Shown: one piece after another, positions 50,241-63,000 of the stretch
Position numbering within the stretch: position 1 is the first letter of the stretch
Layout of the letters: each line of letters starts with the position of its first letter
Position numbers and translations under genes: made by a program
The notes under the pieces: generated by a model
What the model saw: only the letters and a program-made list of their open reading frames with translations
The model's database searches: none
Told to the model about the DNA's origin: nothing
NCBI GenBank assembly: GCA_051313645.2
Contig: JBNRSN020000003.1
Span: 442,370,001 to 442,434,000, forward strand
Direction of reading: 5' to 3'
Length of the DNA: 64,000 nt
Origin: Centroscyllium fabricii
Lineage: Eukaryota

Positions 50241-50932
50241 AGTGAAATGACAGGGGCTCACAGTACTGGAAATATCCCCTGTTGAAAGAATTTCACATGC
50301 TGTGACAACGTGCCCAACAAACACCTCTCTGGGGGACCTCCGTGCTTTTTCCTTGCCGCCTTTGTCTGAGTTTCATGAAAACCCATCGAGGTGACGAGTG
50401 TCCCATTACCGAATGTCTCGCTGCCCACTTCTGTCAATCAATGCTAGCATTGCTGCTTCATTCTGTAGCTTCCTGAACGCTAGGCTGCTTTGGACTGCAC
50501 TGCACTCCATTCCCCAATTGGTTTTCTTTGTGTTACACCGTCTCCTCATTCTGACCCAGCACTGTGTTTCAAATAATGCTAGCTATCACTACCATAACTT
50601 CCAATTCGCAGATAAAAATACTTTCATATCCTGGGGGTGTTTTGACATAGAAACATAGAAGATAGGAGCAGGAGTAGGCCATTCAGTCCCTTGAGCCTGC
50701 TCCGCCATTCAATGAGATCATGGCTGATCATCCAAACTCAGTACCCTGCCCCTGCTTTCTCCCCATATCCCTTGATCCCTTTAGCCTTAAGAAATATATC
50801 CAACTCCTTCTTGAATATATTTAATGAATTGGCCTCTACGGCCTTCTGTGGTAGAGAATTCCACAGGTTCACCACTCTCTGGGCGAAGAAATTCCTCCTC
50901 ATCTCTGTCCTAAATGGCTTACCCCTTATCCT

Positions 50933-51141
50933 TGCAAGAAGTCACACAACACCAGGTTATAGTCCAACAGTTTTATTTTAAATCACAAGCTTTCGGAGCT
51001 TCTGCCCCTTCGTCAGGTGAAAGAGAAGGGGCAGAAGCTCCGAAAGCTTGTGATTTAAAATAAAACTGTTGGACTATAACCTGGTGTTGTGTGACTTCGT
51101 GCATTTGTCCACCCCAGTCCAACACCAGCACCTCCACATCA
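50933..51141 (+). mobile_element. Penelope-like fold-back insertion next to a CR1 fragment (50646-50932, minus)
   Basis: ~85-bp inverted arms, tail on the right. Confidence 0.9.
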
Positions 51142-52715
51142 TCATTCCTGCTGATTGACATTACTGACGCCATCAGCTTTAACCCCCCCCCCATTAGTAG
51201 GTTTCGGGTAATAATTTTGTTTTGCTTTTAGAACACTCGCTGTCTTTCCGTGCCCAATATACAGTGTGTGTGTGCGTGTATATAATTGTTTTAAAAAAGA
51301 GACAAACACTTTCTGCTCTCTCCTGAAGCCTTTTCAGAAACCTCACCTGCAATGCAGACAGTTGTTCAGATGGGATAACTGCCCTGAACAAGGCCATATG
51401 TATAATCTGCAGGCTTCGGTTATTTGATCTGAACAATGTTGGCCTGAGAATTTGTTTACGTGTTGAAATAGCTCTTGTTCTCCTGCTACCAAAATGTTAA
51501 CTAGCTCCACCCTGTGACGTGTCGCCACTTCACCCAGGAGATTGCCAAGCTCTGCCAAGGGACACGTTTTAACCAAAGTCCTGAAACGTTGACTTCTGTT
51601 CCAATGCTCTCCTGGCTTTCAGTTCTGACCTCTTGAGCATCTCCGACTTCCTTTGCCCCGCCCTTGGCGGCCGTGCCTTCAGCTGTCTGGCCCTATTCCT
51701 TCCTTAAACCTCTTGCCCAGGACATCCCAAAGCACTTTACAGCCAATGAAGTACTTTCGAAGTGTAGTTACTTGTTGTAATATCTTAAACTATCCTTTAA
51801 GACGCTCCTTAAAACCTACCTTTATTCACCTGTCCTAATATCTCCTTATGTGGCTTGGTGTCAAATGTTGTCTGATCACGCTCCTGTGAAGTGCCTTGGG
51901 TTGTTTTACTATGTTGAAGGCGCTATATAAATGCAACTTGGTTTTTGCACAGATGCTGTCTGACGAGCCTTTTATGGTTTTGTTAACCAAAGTTCCATTT
52001 GCTAAGAGCGCTGTTAATGCTCAAGATTTCCAAATTTTTTCCTGTTGGTAGAGGCTGTGCATTCACAGGGCCAGAGATTCACCCTCCTTGTTTCCACCAT
52101 GACTGCTTGTACAGCGACAAAGCTCGACTGTCGCAGAAGAACTCTGGCCTTGGTAGGACCACGACAACATCTCGTGTCACTGTGAAGATGGGAGGGACCT
52201 CCTCGCTGCCGGGAAATCGAGAAGCCCAGACATTTTGTTTGACATTCAACGACATTACCATCGCCGAGTTCCCTACCATCAACCTCCTGGGGGTGACCAT
52301 TGACCAGAAACTTAACTGGACCAGCCACATAAATACTGTGGCTACATGAGCAGGTCAGAGGCTGGGTAATCTGCGGTGAGTGTCTCACCTCCTGACTCCC
52401 CAAAGCCTTTCCACCATCTACAAGGGACAAGTCAGGAGTGTGATGGAATACTCTCCACTTGCCTGGCTGAGTGCAGCTCCAACAACATTCAGGAAGCTCG
52501 ACACCATCCAGGACAAAGCAGTCCGTTTGATTGGCGCCCCATCCACCACCTTAAACATTCACTCCCTCCACCGCGTACCGTGGCTGCAGTGTGTACCATC
52601 TACAAGATGCACTGCAGCAACTCGCCAAGGCTTCTTCGGCGGCACCTCCCAAAACCCACGACCTCCACCACCTAGAAGGACAAGGGCAGCAGGCACATGG
52701 GAACACCACCACCTC

Positions 52716-52949
52716 TGTATTGTTTTCTATGTGGGTTCCAAGATGACACATTTATGAAGGAGAATGTTGTTTAATCTAAAGTATGTTGAAGTAACTTACA
52801 GCTTTACATGAGGCTTACAGAGAGACTCCATCTTAGAGATCACTCTTATCTGCAACTAAACTAACTTGCTTGTTGTCACATGCCCTCTGCTAGTAAGGCA
52901 TTGATAATCAAACAGGCAAACATGATCACTGTTTGCTGATGATATTACA
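52716..52949. mobile_element. Solo LTR (234 bp)
   Basis: TG...CA ends, perfect 5-bp TSD ACCTC, splits an old CR1. Confidence 0.75.
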
Positions 52950-54257
52950 ACCTCCAAGTTCCCCTCCAAGTCACACACCATCCTGACTTGGAAGTATATC
53001 GGCCGTTCCTTCATCGTCGCTGAGTCAAAATCCTAGAACTCCCTCCCTAACAGCACTGTGGGAGCACCTTCACCACACGGACTGCAGCAGGACGACACGG
53101 TGGCGCAGTGCTGCCTCGCAATAAGGAGCTCCTGGGTTTGAATCCTGCTTGGCCCAGGACCTCTCTGCGTGGAGTTTGCATGTTCTCCCCGTGTTCGTGT
53201 GGGGTTCCTCCGGGTACTCCGGTTTCCTCCCACCACCCAAAGACATGCAGGTTAGGTGAATTGGAGATACTAAAAATTGCCCATGAGTATGTGTGTGAGA
53301 TATAGTTCTTAGAGTTGGGGGGTGTCGGGGGATATGGGGAGAGGGTAGGAGGGGGGTGCTGGGTTTGGATGATCAGCCATGATCTCATCAAAATGGCAGA
53401 GCAGGCTCGAAGGGCCGAATGGCCTACTCCTGCTCCTATCTTCTGTGCTTCTGTGAGTTCAAGAAGGCAGCTCACCACCACCTTCTCAAGGGCAACTTGG
53501 GATGGGCAATAAATGCTGGGCTTGCCAGCGACGCCCACACCCCATGAACGAATGAAAAAAAAATAAAGTAGTCCATCAGTTTTATCAAACTTGGATGCTG
53601 TCGGCTCAGCAGTGTTGTACAGCACAGAAACCGGTCGTTCAGCCCAACTGGTTTGTGCCGGTGTTTATGCTCCACACGAGCCTCCTCCCACCCGAGCCTG
53701 TTCGATTCCTAACTCTGTTGCTGCTTCATATCAATAACTTCTCCAGTCGCCCTCCAAGTCAGACCATTCTTTTGTTAATGATTCCATCTAATGCACCATT
53801 ATGCTTTGACTCGTAAAGCAAAACAATAAAACTGCAACGCATTTTACTTAATGGAATTGGAACAAGGGAATGTTCTGTCCTCCACACTGGAGATGGCTGG
53901 CTGAGGATCTGGATGACCTCTTTGTATCGTTTGCTCTTCTCACTGTCATTTACTGAGCACTTGTTTAGGACTCTGTTTGGGATTGGACCTCAACTATGCA
54001 CACCCTCAAGAGAATTTATAAAGCATGTTTGCACAGCATTCCTGCACAGATGCGAGTCCTCTGGTTACACCTCTGGCCCATCTCACAAATATGCAAGAAC
54101 TCCATCAGTCGCCCTGTGAAAGGCATCTTTTTAAAGTTATCGCCATCTCTATATATCAAATTTTTTTTTTTTTAATCTGTCTGCGCCCAATTTCTGTCAA
54201 ATATTCCCATTTTAAATTTGTGTTCACATTTTATAATGGAAACTGCCTATGGAGGTA

Positions 54258-54709
54258 AGAAAGACTTGCATTTATATAGCGCCTTTCACGGTCGCAGGAC
54301 GTCTCCGTGCTTTACAGCCAATGAAGTACTTTTTGAAGTGCAGTCGCTGTTGTAATGTAGGAAACACAGAAGCCAGTTTGCGCACAGCAAGCTCCCACAA
54401 ACAGCAATGTGATGATGACCAGATAATCTGTTTTAGTGATGTTGATTGAGGGATAAATATTGGCCAGGACACTGGGGAAAACTCCCCTGCTCTTCTTCAA
54501 AATAAGTGGCCATGGGATCTTTTACGTCCACCTGAGAGAGCAGACAGGACTTCGCTTTAATGTCTCGTCCGAAAGACGGCGCCTCCGACAGTGCGGCACT
54601 CCCTCAGCACTGCACTGGAGTGTCGGCCTGGATTTATGTGCTCCGGACTTGAACCCACGACCTTCTGACTCTGAGGCGAGAGTGCTACCCACTGAACCAC
54701 TGGCTGACA
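54258..54709 (-). mobile_element. DeuSINE-like SINE
   Basis: Full-length match to the other copies. Confidence 0.85.
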
Positions 54710-56227
54710 ATGTAATTGTCTCGTCCTCGTTTTCTCTCTCTCTTCCCCATCACCCGCACACAACCTTTTACACCTTATGTACCCAGGACCTGCCTCAGCC
54801 TATTTAGCCTGAATTCTGAAGACTCTTATCTTTGTTCTTCAATAATAAATCCTTTCCTCTTTGGGCTTCATATTGACTCCTGGTATGAATGACCAGTGCT
54901 GCACGAGGTGAAGCCATACTACAGTTGAATAGCAGTTACTCATTCAGCAGTACCTGCCGGACCTTCTGACCTGGAAAATAACCAGCCAACACCCCCCCCC
55001 CCCCCCCCGAAGCCTTTCCCTTTGACCAGGCTTCTATCTGCTTTCCTTCTCCCCTTTTTCTCTCCTGTTCGGTGTCCACCTTTCTGCAGAGCTCCCTAAG
55101 CTGGGCTCCTCCGGCATCGGCAACCCCCCTTGGTGCCTTACCCAAGTGACCATTCCAAAATAAGTGTCAAAGGTATAACCAGATGATGCGTTGTAACTGA
55201 AATCGAGCCTCAAATTGTGCCCTGAACATTGCTAATAACCGTGTGAGTGCCATGGCTGTCGGAAAAGACAAAATAGGGCTTGGTGTTCGTGGATGCAATC
55301 CCCCCCCCCCCCCCCCATGGCCAAATAGCCAATAGATGCTGACTGTCTAGGCTCACACACGTAGCATGGCCCTTGGGTAAGTTGGAAGGGCTGCTGTAAC
55401 CATACCCAAGCAAGAAGGCAAGCCTTCAGATTATTACTAGGGGAGGGGACAAAGACTTAATTCCAGACTTTGGTGCGGGGGTGGGGGAGGGGGAGGGGGA
55501 GGGGGAGAGGAGAGGAGAATGAGTCATCCTATCATTTACTTGGGCTGTTATCTGAGAAACTCAAAATTCACCAAGTTTGACCCTGAAGTAAAAGAACAAA
55601 GATTGTATTAAGAAGGTTCCAGAGGTTTTCAGTTAGCTGGCCTCGACATTGTACCCACGCCAATGAAAACACGTCAAACCGTACAGGGCTTGATGTCAGT
55701 TCTTCTGTTGCTGTTTACGTGTCAGATGGGTGCAGGCTCTACCCATTGACTCCGATTTCTTGTGGTCCCTGAAACCATTTGAAGAGAAGCTGCGACAGCC
55801 TAACTATTAGTCACCACTTGGAGTTAAGGGCGAGTCGTTGCTCAATTATGGGTGGGATCTACAGTGAACTGTGGTGTGGAGTAGGTAATGGTACACCGTG
55901 ACCGGTACCAGGAAACGTACACACTAGAACACTTGACATCTCGGAGAGTGTGGCCACATAATCTAGCCTGCACAGAAAGAAAGACTTGCATTTATATAGC
56001 GCCTTTCACGACCTCCGGACGTCCCAAAGTGCTTTACAGCCAATCAAGTAATTTTGTAGTCGCTGTAGTAATATAGGAAATGCGGCAGCAATGTGATAAT
56101 GACTAGATAATATGTTTTATGATGTTGGTTGAGGGATAAATATTGGCCAGGACACCGGCGGCGGGGAGGATAACTCCTCTGCTCTTCTTTGAAATAGTGC
56201 CATGGGATCCTTTACATCCTCCCAAGA

Positions 56228-57127
56228 GGGCCTTGGTGAGACTGCACCTTGAGTATTGTGTGCATTTTTGGTCACCTTATCGAAGGAAGGATGTTCTTGC
56301 CATGGAAGGAGTGCAGCGAAGATTCACCAGGCTGATACCTGGGATGGCAGGAATGACTTATGAGGAGAGGTTGTGTCGATTGGGCTTAAACTCCCTGGAG
56401 TTTAGAAGATTGAGAGGGGATCTCATCGAAACCTATAAAATTCTGTCAGGCCTGGACAGACCAGATGCAGGCAGGATGTTCCCGATGGCCGGGGAGTCCA
56501 GAACCAGGGGTCACAGTCTAAGGATAAGGGGTAAGCCATTTAGGACTGAGATGAGGAGGAATTTCTTCACCCAGAGAGTGGTGAACCTGTGGAATTCTCT
56601 ACCATGGAGGGCGGTGGAGGCCAGTTCATTAAATATATTCAAGAAAGAGTTGGATATATTGCTTAAGGCTAAGGGGATCAAGGGATATGGGGAGAAGGCA
56701 GGGACAGGGTACTGAATTTGGATGATCAGCCATGATCGCATTGAATGGCGGAGCAGGCTCGAGGGGCCTAATGGCCTACTCATAGAATCATAGAATCCCT
56801 ACAGTGCAGATAGAGGCCATTTCGGCCAATCGAGCCTGCACTGACACATATCCCACCCTATCCCTGTAACCCCACATATTTAATCCCCCTAACACTAAGG
56901 GTCAATTTAACCTGGCCAATCAACCTAACCCGCACATCTTTGGACTGTGGGAGGAAACCGGAGCACCCGGAGGAAACCCACGCAGACACGGGGAGAATGT
57001 GCAAACTCCACACAGATAGTCACCCGAGGCTGGATTTGAACCCGGGCCCCGAGCGCTGTGAGGCAACAGTGCTAACCACTATGCCACCATGCCGCCCTAC
57101 TCCTCCTCCTATCTTCTGTGTTTCTAT
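56228..57127 (+). mobile_element. CR1 3' fragment inside a DeuSINE, its tail split by a V-SINE
   Basis: HLEYCVHFWSP..GYGEKAGTGY*. Confidence 0.9.
56781..57096 (-). mobile_element. HE1-like V-SINE, short-tail form
   Basis: Tail ggcctctatctgcactgtagggattctatg; cctact(c) duplicated at the flanks. Confidence 0.9.
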
Positions 57128-57679
57128 GAGAGGGTTGATGGAGCCTTGGTTTAACGGTGTAACATTTCCCCGGCACTGGGAGTGTCGGCCTAGATTACGT
57201 GCTCAAGTCTCTGGAGCGGGACTTGAACCCACAAGCTTCTGACTCGGAGGAGAGTTTGCAACAACTGAGCCGCGAACGACACGGCTAAATGTTGGAATGT
57301 TTTCTTCAAGTAGAACTTGGACCGTCCTCAAGCCATTTCCGATCAATAATTTATAAAAATGAATCTGTGGGGGCAATAGCGTCATTGCTTTACCCAATAA
57401 CCGCCAAGTTCCTTGGTAAAGTGTAATTGAACACTTTGGTTTCATGTAATTTGGAGATTATTTGGGGGAAACCATTTTTTTAAAATGGCAAACCCTCTCG
57501 CCCATTACTCAGATGTCCGTTGCTTAAAATGATAAAGGGATGTGATGGGGTAGATACAGAGAAACTATTTCCTCTGGTGGGACAATCCTGAACAAGGGGC
57601 CACAATCTTCAAACTCAGAACCAGGCCAGTTAGGAATGAAATGGGCAAAGTACTTTTACACACAAAAGTTAGTGGAAAG

Positions 57680-58131
57680 GAATGACATATGAGGAGAGAT
57701 TGGGTCGATTGGGCCGATACTCACTGGAGTTTAGAAGAATGAGAGGGGATCTCATTGAAACTTATAAAATTCTAACAGGACTGGACAGACTAGATGCAGG
57801 AAGGATATTCCTGATGGCAGGGGAGTCCAGAACCAGGGGTCACAGTCTAAGGATAAGGGGAAAGCCATTTAGGACAGAGATGAGGAGGAATTTCTTCACC
57901 CAGAGAGTGGTGAACCTGTGGAATTCTCTACCACAGAAGGCAGTGGAGGCCAATTCATTAAATATATTCAAGAAGGAGTTGGATATATTTCTTAAGGCTA
58001 AAGGGATCAAGGGATATGGGGAGAAAGCAGGGACAGGGTACTGAGTTTGGACGATCAGCCATGATCGCATTGAATGGCGGAGCAGGCTCGAGAGGCCGAA
58101 TGGCCGACTCCTGCTCCTATCTTCTATGTTT
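57680..58131 (+). mobile_element. CR1 3' fragment nested in an older CR1 (about 57520-58330)
   Basis: MTYEERL..RTRGHSL.. Confidence 0.9.
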
Positions 58132-59302
58132 CCAACCCCCCCAAAAGGTTGTCGATGCTCTGGGTCAATTGAAATTTTCACGGCTGCAAGCGATAGGGTT
58201 TTTGTTGGGTGAGGGTATCAAGTGGCTGTGGAGCAAAAGTGGGTAAATGCAGGTGAGGTACCAATCAGCCATGATTTAACTGAATGGCGGAACAGGCTCG
58301 AGGGTCCGAATGGCCGCCTCCAGTTCCTAGTGTATATTCGAAGTATTTCACACCCAAGCTCGGTTTTTTGAACTCTCCTACCTGGCTGAATATGTTAGTC
58401 GTCTTCCCCCAATACCTCATCGAGAAACCAGCATTTGAGGTTGTGAAGTTGGCACACGGCAGTCACAGTCTGTCAGAAGGAAGCTGCATCCAATGGTGAA
58501 GGTGAGCGTCCCTTCATTCCTGGGTGCTGATTTGGAGCAAGCTGCGAAGTTGGGCACTAAATGCCCACCAATCACACAGTAAGAGGGAGTGCTTTGGATT
58601 AAATATGCTTCCCTTTCCCTCCCATAATTGACTTCCTAATAAAGAGCCAATGTAAATTGTGCCTCTGGTACCGCAGTAGCATTGGGTAATGTACTCCACA
58701 AGCAAATTTGTTTATCCCATTCCTGCCACGTTCCTTCCTTGTCCCTGGACACAAGCCACCCCTAACTCAGCAGGCAACCTGCTCGCAGGCCTTTGCCAAC
58801 AGAACTGTGTTGAATTGGCTACTTGGAATAAAGATGACTCGCTCGCTCGCTCTCTCCAATTTCACAATTCTGGGGCAACAATCCTGGACACCTTGCAGAT
58901 TGTGTCACCTGATGTCCCAGCAGGTGCATGGGAACACCACCACCATCCACAGCTTCGTGAAAATCTGGAAAACTCTTCCCCCCCGCCCCCAAAAAGGTTG
59001 TGTACGCCGGAGTCACCCACCATCCAGGCTTGGACATGTATTGCCGTTCCTTCATCGTCGCTGTGTCAAAATCTTGCAACTCCTGACCTTGCAGGAAGCG
59101 CCGTCACCCCATGGACTGCGGCGCTTCAAGAAGCAGGCCCGTCACCACCCTCTCGAGGGCAACGAATGATGGTCAATAAATGCCGGCCTTGCTGATGATG
59201 CCCACATCCCGAGAATGGAAACACTAAACATCCCAGGATCAAAAACATGAGGCATGAGTGGTAACGTGGCACAGTCACATTAGTGGAACCAATACATTGT
59301 GC

Positions 59303-59608
59303 CACGGTGGCATAGTGGTTAGCAGTGTTGCCTCACCGCGCCAGGGGCCCGGGTTCAAATCCGGCCTCGGGTGACTATCTGTGTGGAGTTTGCACATTCT
59401 CCCCGTGTCTGCGTGGGTTTCCTCCGGGTGCTCCGGTTTCCTCCCACAGTCCAAAGATGTGCGGGTTAGGTTGATTGGCCATGATAAATTGACCCTTAGT
59501 GTTAGGGGATTGAATATGTGGGGTTATGGGGATAGGGTGGGATATGTGTCGGTGCAGGCTCGATGGGCCGAAATGGCCTCTATCTGCACTGTAGGGACTC
59601 TATGATTG
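59303..59608 (+). mobile_element. HE1-like V-SINE, short-tail form
   Basis: As 56781-57096. Confidence 0.9.
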
Positions 59609-60021
59609 AACCTCCTCCAGCCCAGCAATCCTCCTAAGATCTCTGCGATCCTCCAATCCCGGCCTCTTGCACATCCCCGATTTTCATCGCTCCACCATTG
59701 GCAGCCGTGCCTTCAGCCGTTTAGGTCCTAAGCTCTGAATTCCCTCCCTGAACCTCTCTGCACCTCTCTTAATTCAATTCAATTCAATTCAAATAGCTTT
59801 ATTGGCATGAATGGTATCAACCGTTGTTGCCAAAGCATTGTAACATACACAAAAAATATTACATTAGTAGAGCATTGTAACATACATAAAAATAATACAT
59901 TAGTAGACGTAATACATAGAATAATACATTAGTAGACGTATTGACAACCGTACATTAGTTACGCACACATCTACATTTATACCCGCATATAGAGCTTGTA
60001 TGCTCATCCTAGCTTCAATGG

Positions 60022-63000
60022 TCACTGGTTGTCCCTCTGCTTATGGCAAGCTGTGACGTAGTTTGCTGCTAGTTTTACACATTCCCTCTGTTCCCCTAAT
60101 AGGTATGGGAGTTTCTGGTGGTCGGTCAAATTTTTGAATTCAGGACATGTTGCAAATTTTGGGAAGAAATTTCCCCTTATTCCCTGATAATTTTCGCAAG
60201 TTGTGAGGAAGTGCAGCTCTGTCTCCACCACTCCCTGACTGCAGTGGGAGCACAGCCTTTCCTCTCTGGGCAGCCAAGTCTTTCTGTGTCTGCCTTTTTC
60301 GATGGCTAGGCTGTGCTCGCAAAGTCTGTACCTTGTCAGGGTTTTTCTCAGTTTGCTATCTTTCACCATGGACAGGTAATCCGCCATGGTGTACTGTCTG
60401 TTTAGGGCCAAATAACAATCTAGTTTGTTTTGGGTTTTTGTCGTTTCTGTCCAGTAGTTCAGGTATTTTTCTTTTTGTTTAGTAATAATTGTGTTGGGTC
60501 GGATTCTGAGTGCTAGGGCATCACTGTCCAGGGGCTGGTTGTTACCAGTAGTGTTAGTAGTTTTTCCGCTAGGTTGGTTGTTAACAGTAGTGTTAGTAGT
60601 TACTTCGCTAAGTCCTAGGACTAGTTGGTTGAGGGGACTTCTTTTTATGTTCGCTTCTTGGCATTTCAGGGCTTTGTAGTGGTAACTGTGGGGGTTGCTC
60701 AGTTTGAGATGTTTCCAGAATTTGATTGCTCTTTTTTGGATTTTAAATAGTAGTGGGTATTGGCCTAACTCTGCCCTGCATGCATTGTTTGTGGTTTTCC
60801 TCTGAGTCCGAAGGATACTCTTACAAAACTCAGCATGCAGGGTCTCAATTGGGTGTTTGTCCCATTTTGCAAATTCGTGGTGTGTTAGCAGACCCCACAC
60901 CTCGCTGCCATAAAGTGCAATTGGTTCAATTACTGAATTAAAAATTTTGATCCAAATGCCAGGTGGAATTTCTATTTGGATTGACTTCTTAATGGCATAG
61001 AATGCCCTTCTCGCTTTCTCTTTCAGTTCGTTCACAGCCAAGTGAAAATTTCCCGTGGAACTGATTTTTAACCCTAAGTATGTGTAGTTTGTAGTTTGTT
61101 CAATTTGTGTTGCTCCTAGTGTGTAGTTTGTTTTGGTTCCCTGATGTCTGGTTCTTTGCTGGAATACAAGAACTTTGGTTTTTTTGGGGTTTATTTTCAA
61201 TGCCCAATTCTGGCAGAATGACTCTAACCGATCGAGGTTCTGCTGTAGACCCTCCTCTGTCGGTGACAGCAGGACTAGATCATCTGCATACAGGAGGAAT
61301 TTAACCTCGGAGTCATGTAGGTCGAGGCCCGGTGCTGTAGATTGTTCCAGTGTTTTTGCCAGTTCATTTATATAGATGTTAAAAAGAGTTGGTGAGATAG
61401 ACGAGCCCTGTGCCACGCCACGCCCCTGTGGGAAGTATTTTGTTTGTTTATCTCCGATTTTAACTGCACATTTGTTTCCTGTGTACATTGATTTAATCAC
61501 ATCATACGTTTTTCCCCCTATCCCACCTTCGATGAGTTTTAGGAATAGACCGTCGTGCCAAATAGAGTCGAATGCCTTTTGGAAATCTATAAAGCAGGCA
61601 AAAATTTTGCTTTTATTTTGGTGGACATGTTTGTCTATTAGGGTGTGTAGGGTGAAAATATGGTCAGAGGTTCTATAGTTTGGTAGGAATCCAATTTGGC
61701 TGTTACTCAGGACATTGTGCTCCGTGAGAAAGCTTGTGAGTCTTTTGTTTATGATACTACAGAATACCTTCCCCAGGTTGCTGCTCACACAGATGCCTCT
61801 GTAATTGTTTGGGTCAAGTTTGTCTCCACTTTTAAATATGGGTGTTATGAGTCCTTTGTTCCAGACTTCAGGGAAGTAACCGACACTCAGAACCAAGTTG
61901 AAGAGTTGTAGGATAGCCAATTTCATTTTATCATCTGTGTGTTTTAGCATCTCGTTTAGTATGCCGTCTGCGCCACCTGCTTTTCTTGGTCGCAGGTCCC
62001 TAAGTTTTTCGGCTAGCTCTCTTTCAGTGATTAAGGAGTCTAAGGGGTTTTGGTAATCCTTTATGACCAATTCGAGTTCTTGCAATTTTTTACATATTTG
62101 TTCTTGCTCTGGGCTTCGTGTGTGTTTCTGGTACAATTGTACAAAATGTTTTTCCCATATTTCACCATTTTGAATGGGCAGTTCGTCTTGTTGCTTTTTG
62201 TGTAATGCGTTCCAGTTGTCCCAGAAACTATTTGAATCAATAGATTCTTCAATGTCACTAAGTTTTTTCTTAATATACTGTTCTTTCTTAGTTCTGAGTG
62301 TGTGTTTATATTGTGTTAGTGCCTGACAATAGGCAAGGCGTAGTTCCTCATTCTTTGGTTGTCTATGCTTTTGGTTTGATATATTTCTGAGTTTTTTCCT
62401 CGTGTTATGACAGTCCGAATCAAACCATTTCTCGTGGTTTCGCGTCTTGGGCTTATTCTGGGAGGGCTTATTCTGGGAAAAGAATTTCAAGTCGGACATT
62501 GATGCCAATTTATCAAAAATATTATTAATGTTGTTCACTGCCAGGTTTACGCCTTCTTTATTGTGGGTGTATGTGTTTTCTAGAAAGGTGCCCAAGAGCA
62601 ATTGAATTGATTGACTGCTAATTGCTTTTAGGTATCTTTCAGAGCTGTCTTGGGCCCATCTGTGTGATTTTTTAGTTTTGTACAGCTTACTGGGCTGTGT
62701 TTCTGTGATGGTTGTTTCCGCTCTTTTGATATACGCAGTAATTTGGCTGTGATCTGACAGAGGTGTTTGCGGTTTGACTGTGAACGCTCTGAAAGAGGAA
62801 GGATCCAGATCCGTAATCATATAGTCTACGGTGCTGGTGCCAAGAAGTGAAGAGTAGGTTGGTCTTCCTAGGGAGTCCCCTCTGAACCTACCGTTGACAA
62901 TGTACAGCCCCAGGCTTCGACAGATCTGCAGGAGCTGTTTTCCGTATGCGTTTGTTTGTTTGTCATAATTGTTCCTGTGTGAGTGGGAAGGGAGATCAAA

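Noticed and set aside
51347-51443. Possible minus-strand exon
   Set aside because: Good donor, but no recognisable product or partner exon
55135-55385. Degenerate inverted repeat ttacccaagtgaccat/atggcccttgggtaa
   Set aside because: Probably an ancient palindromic repeat; too decayed to define
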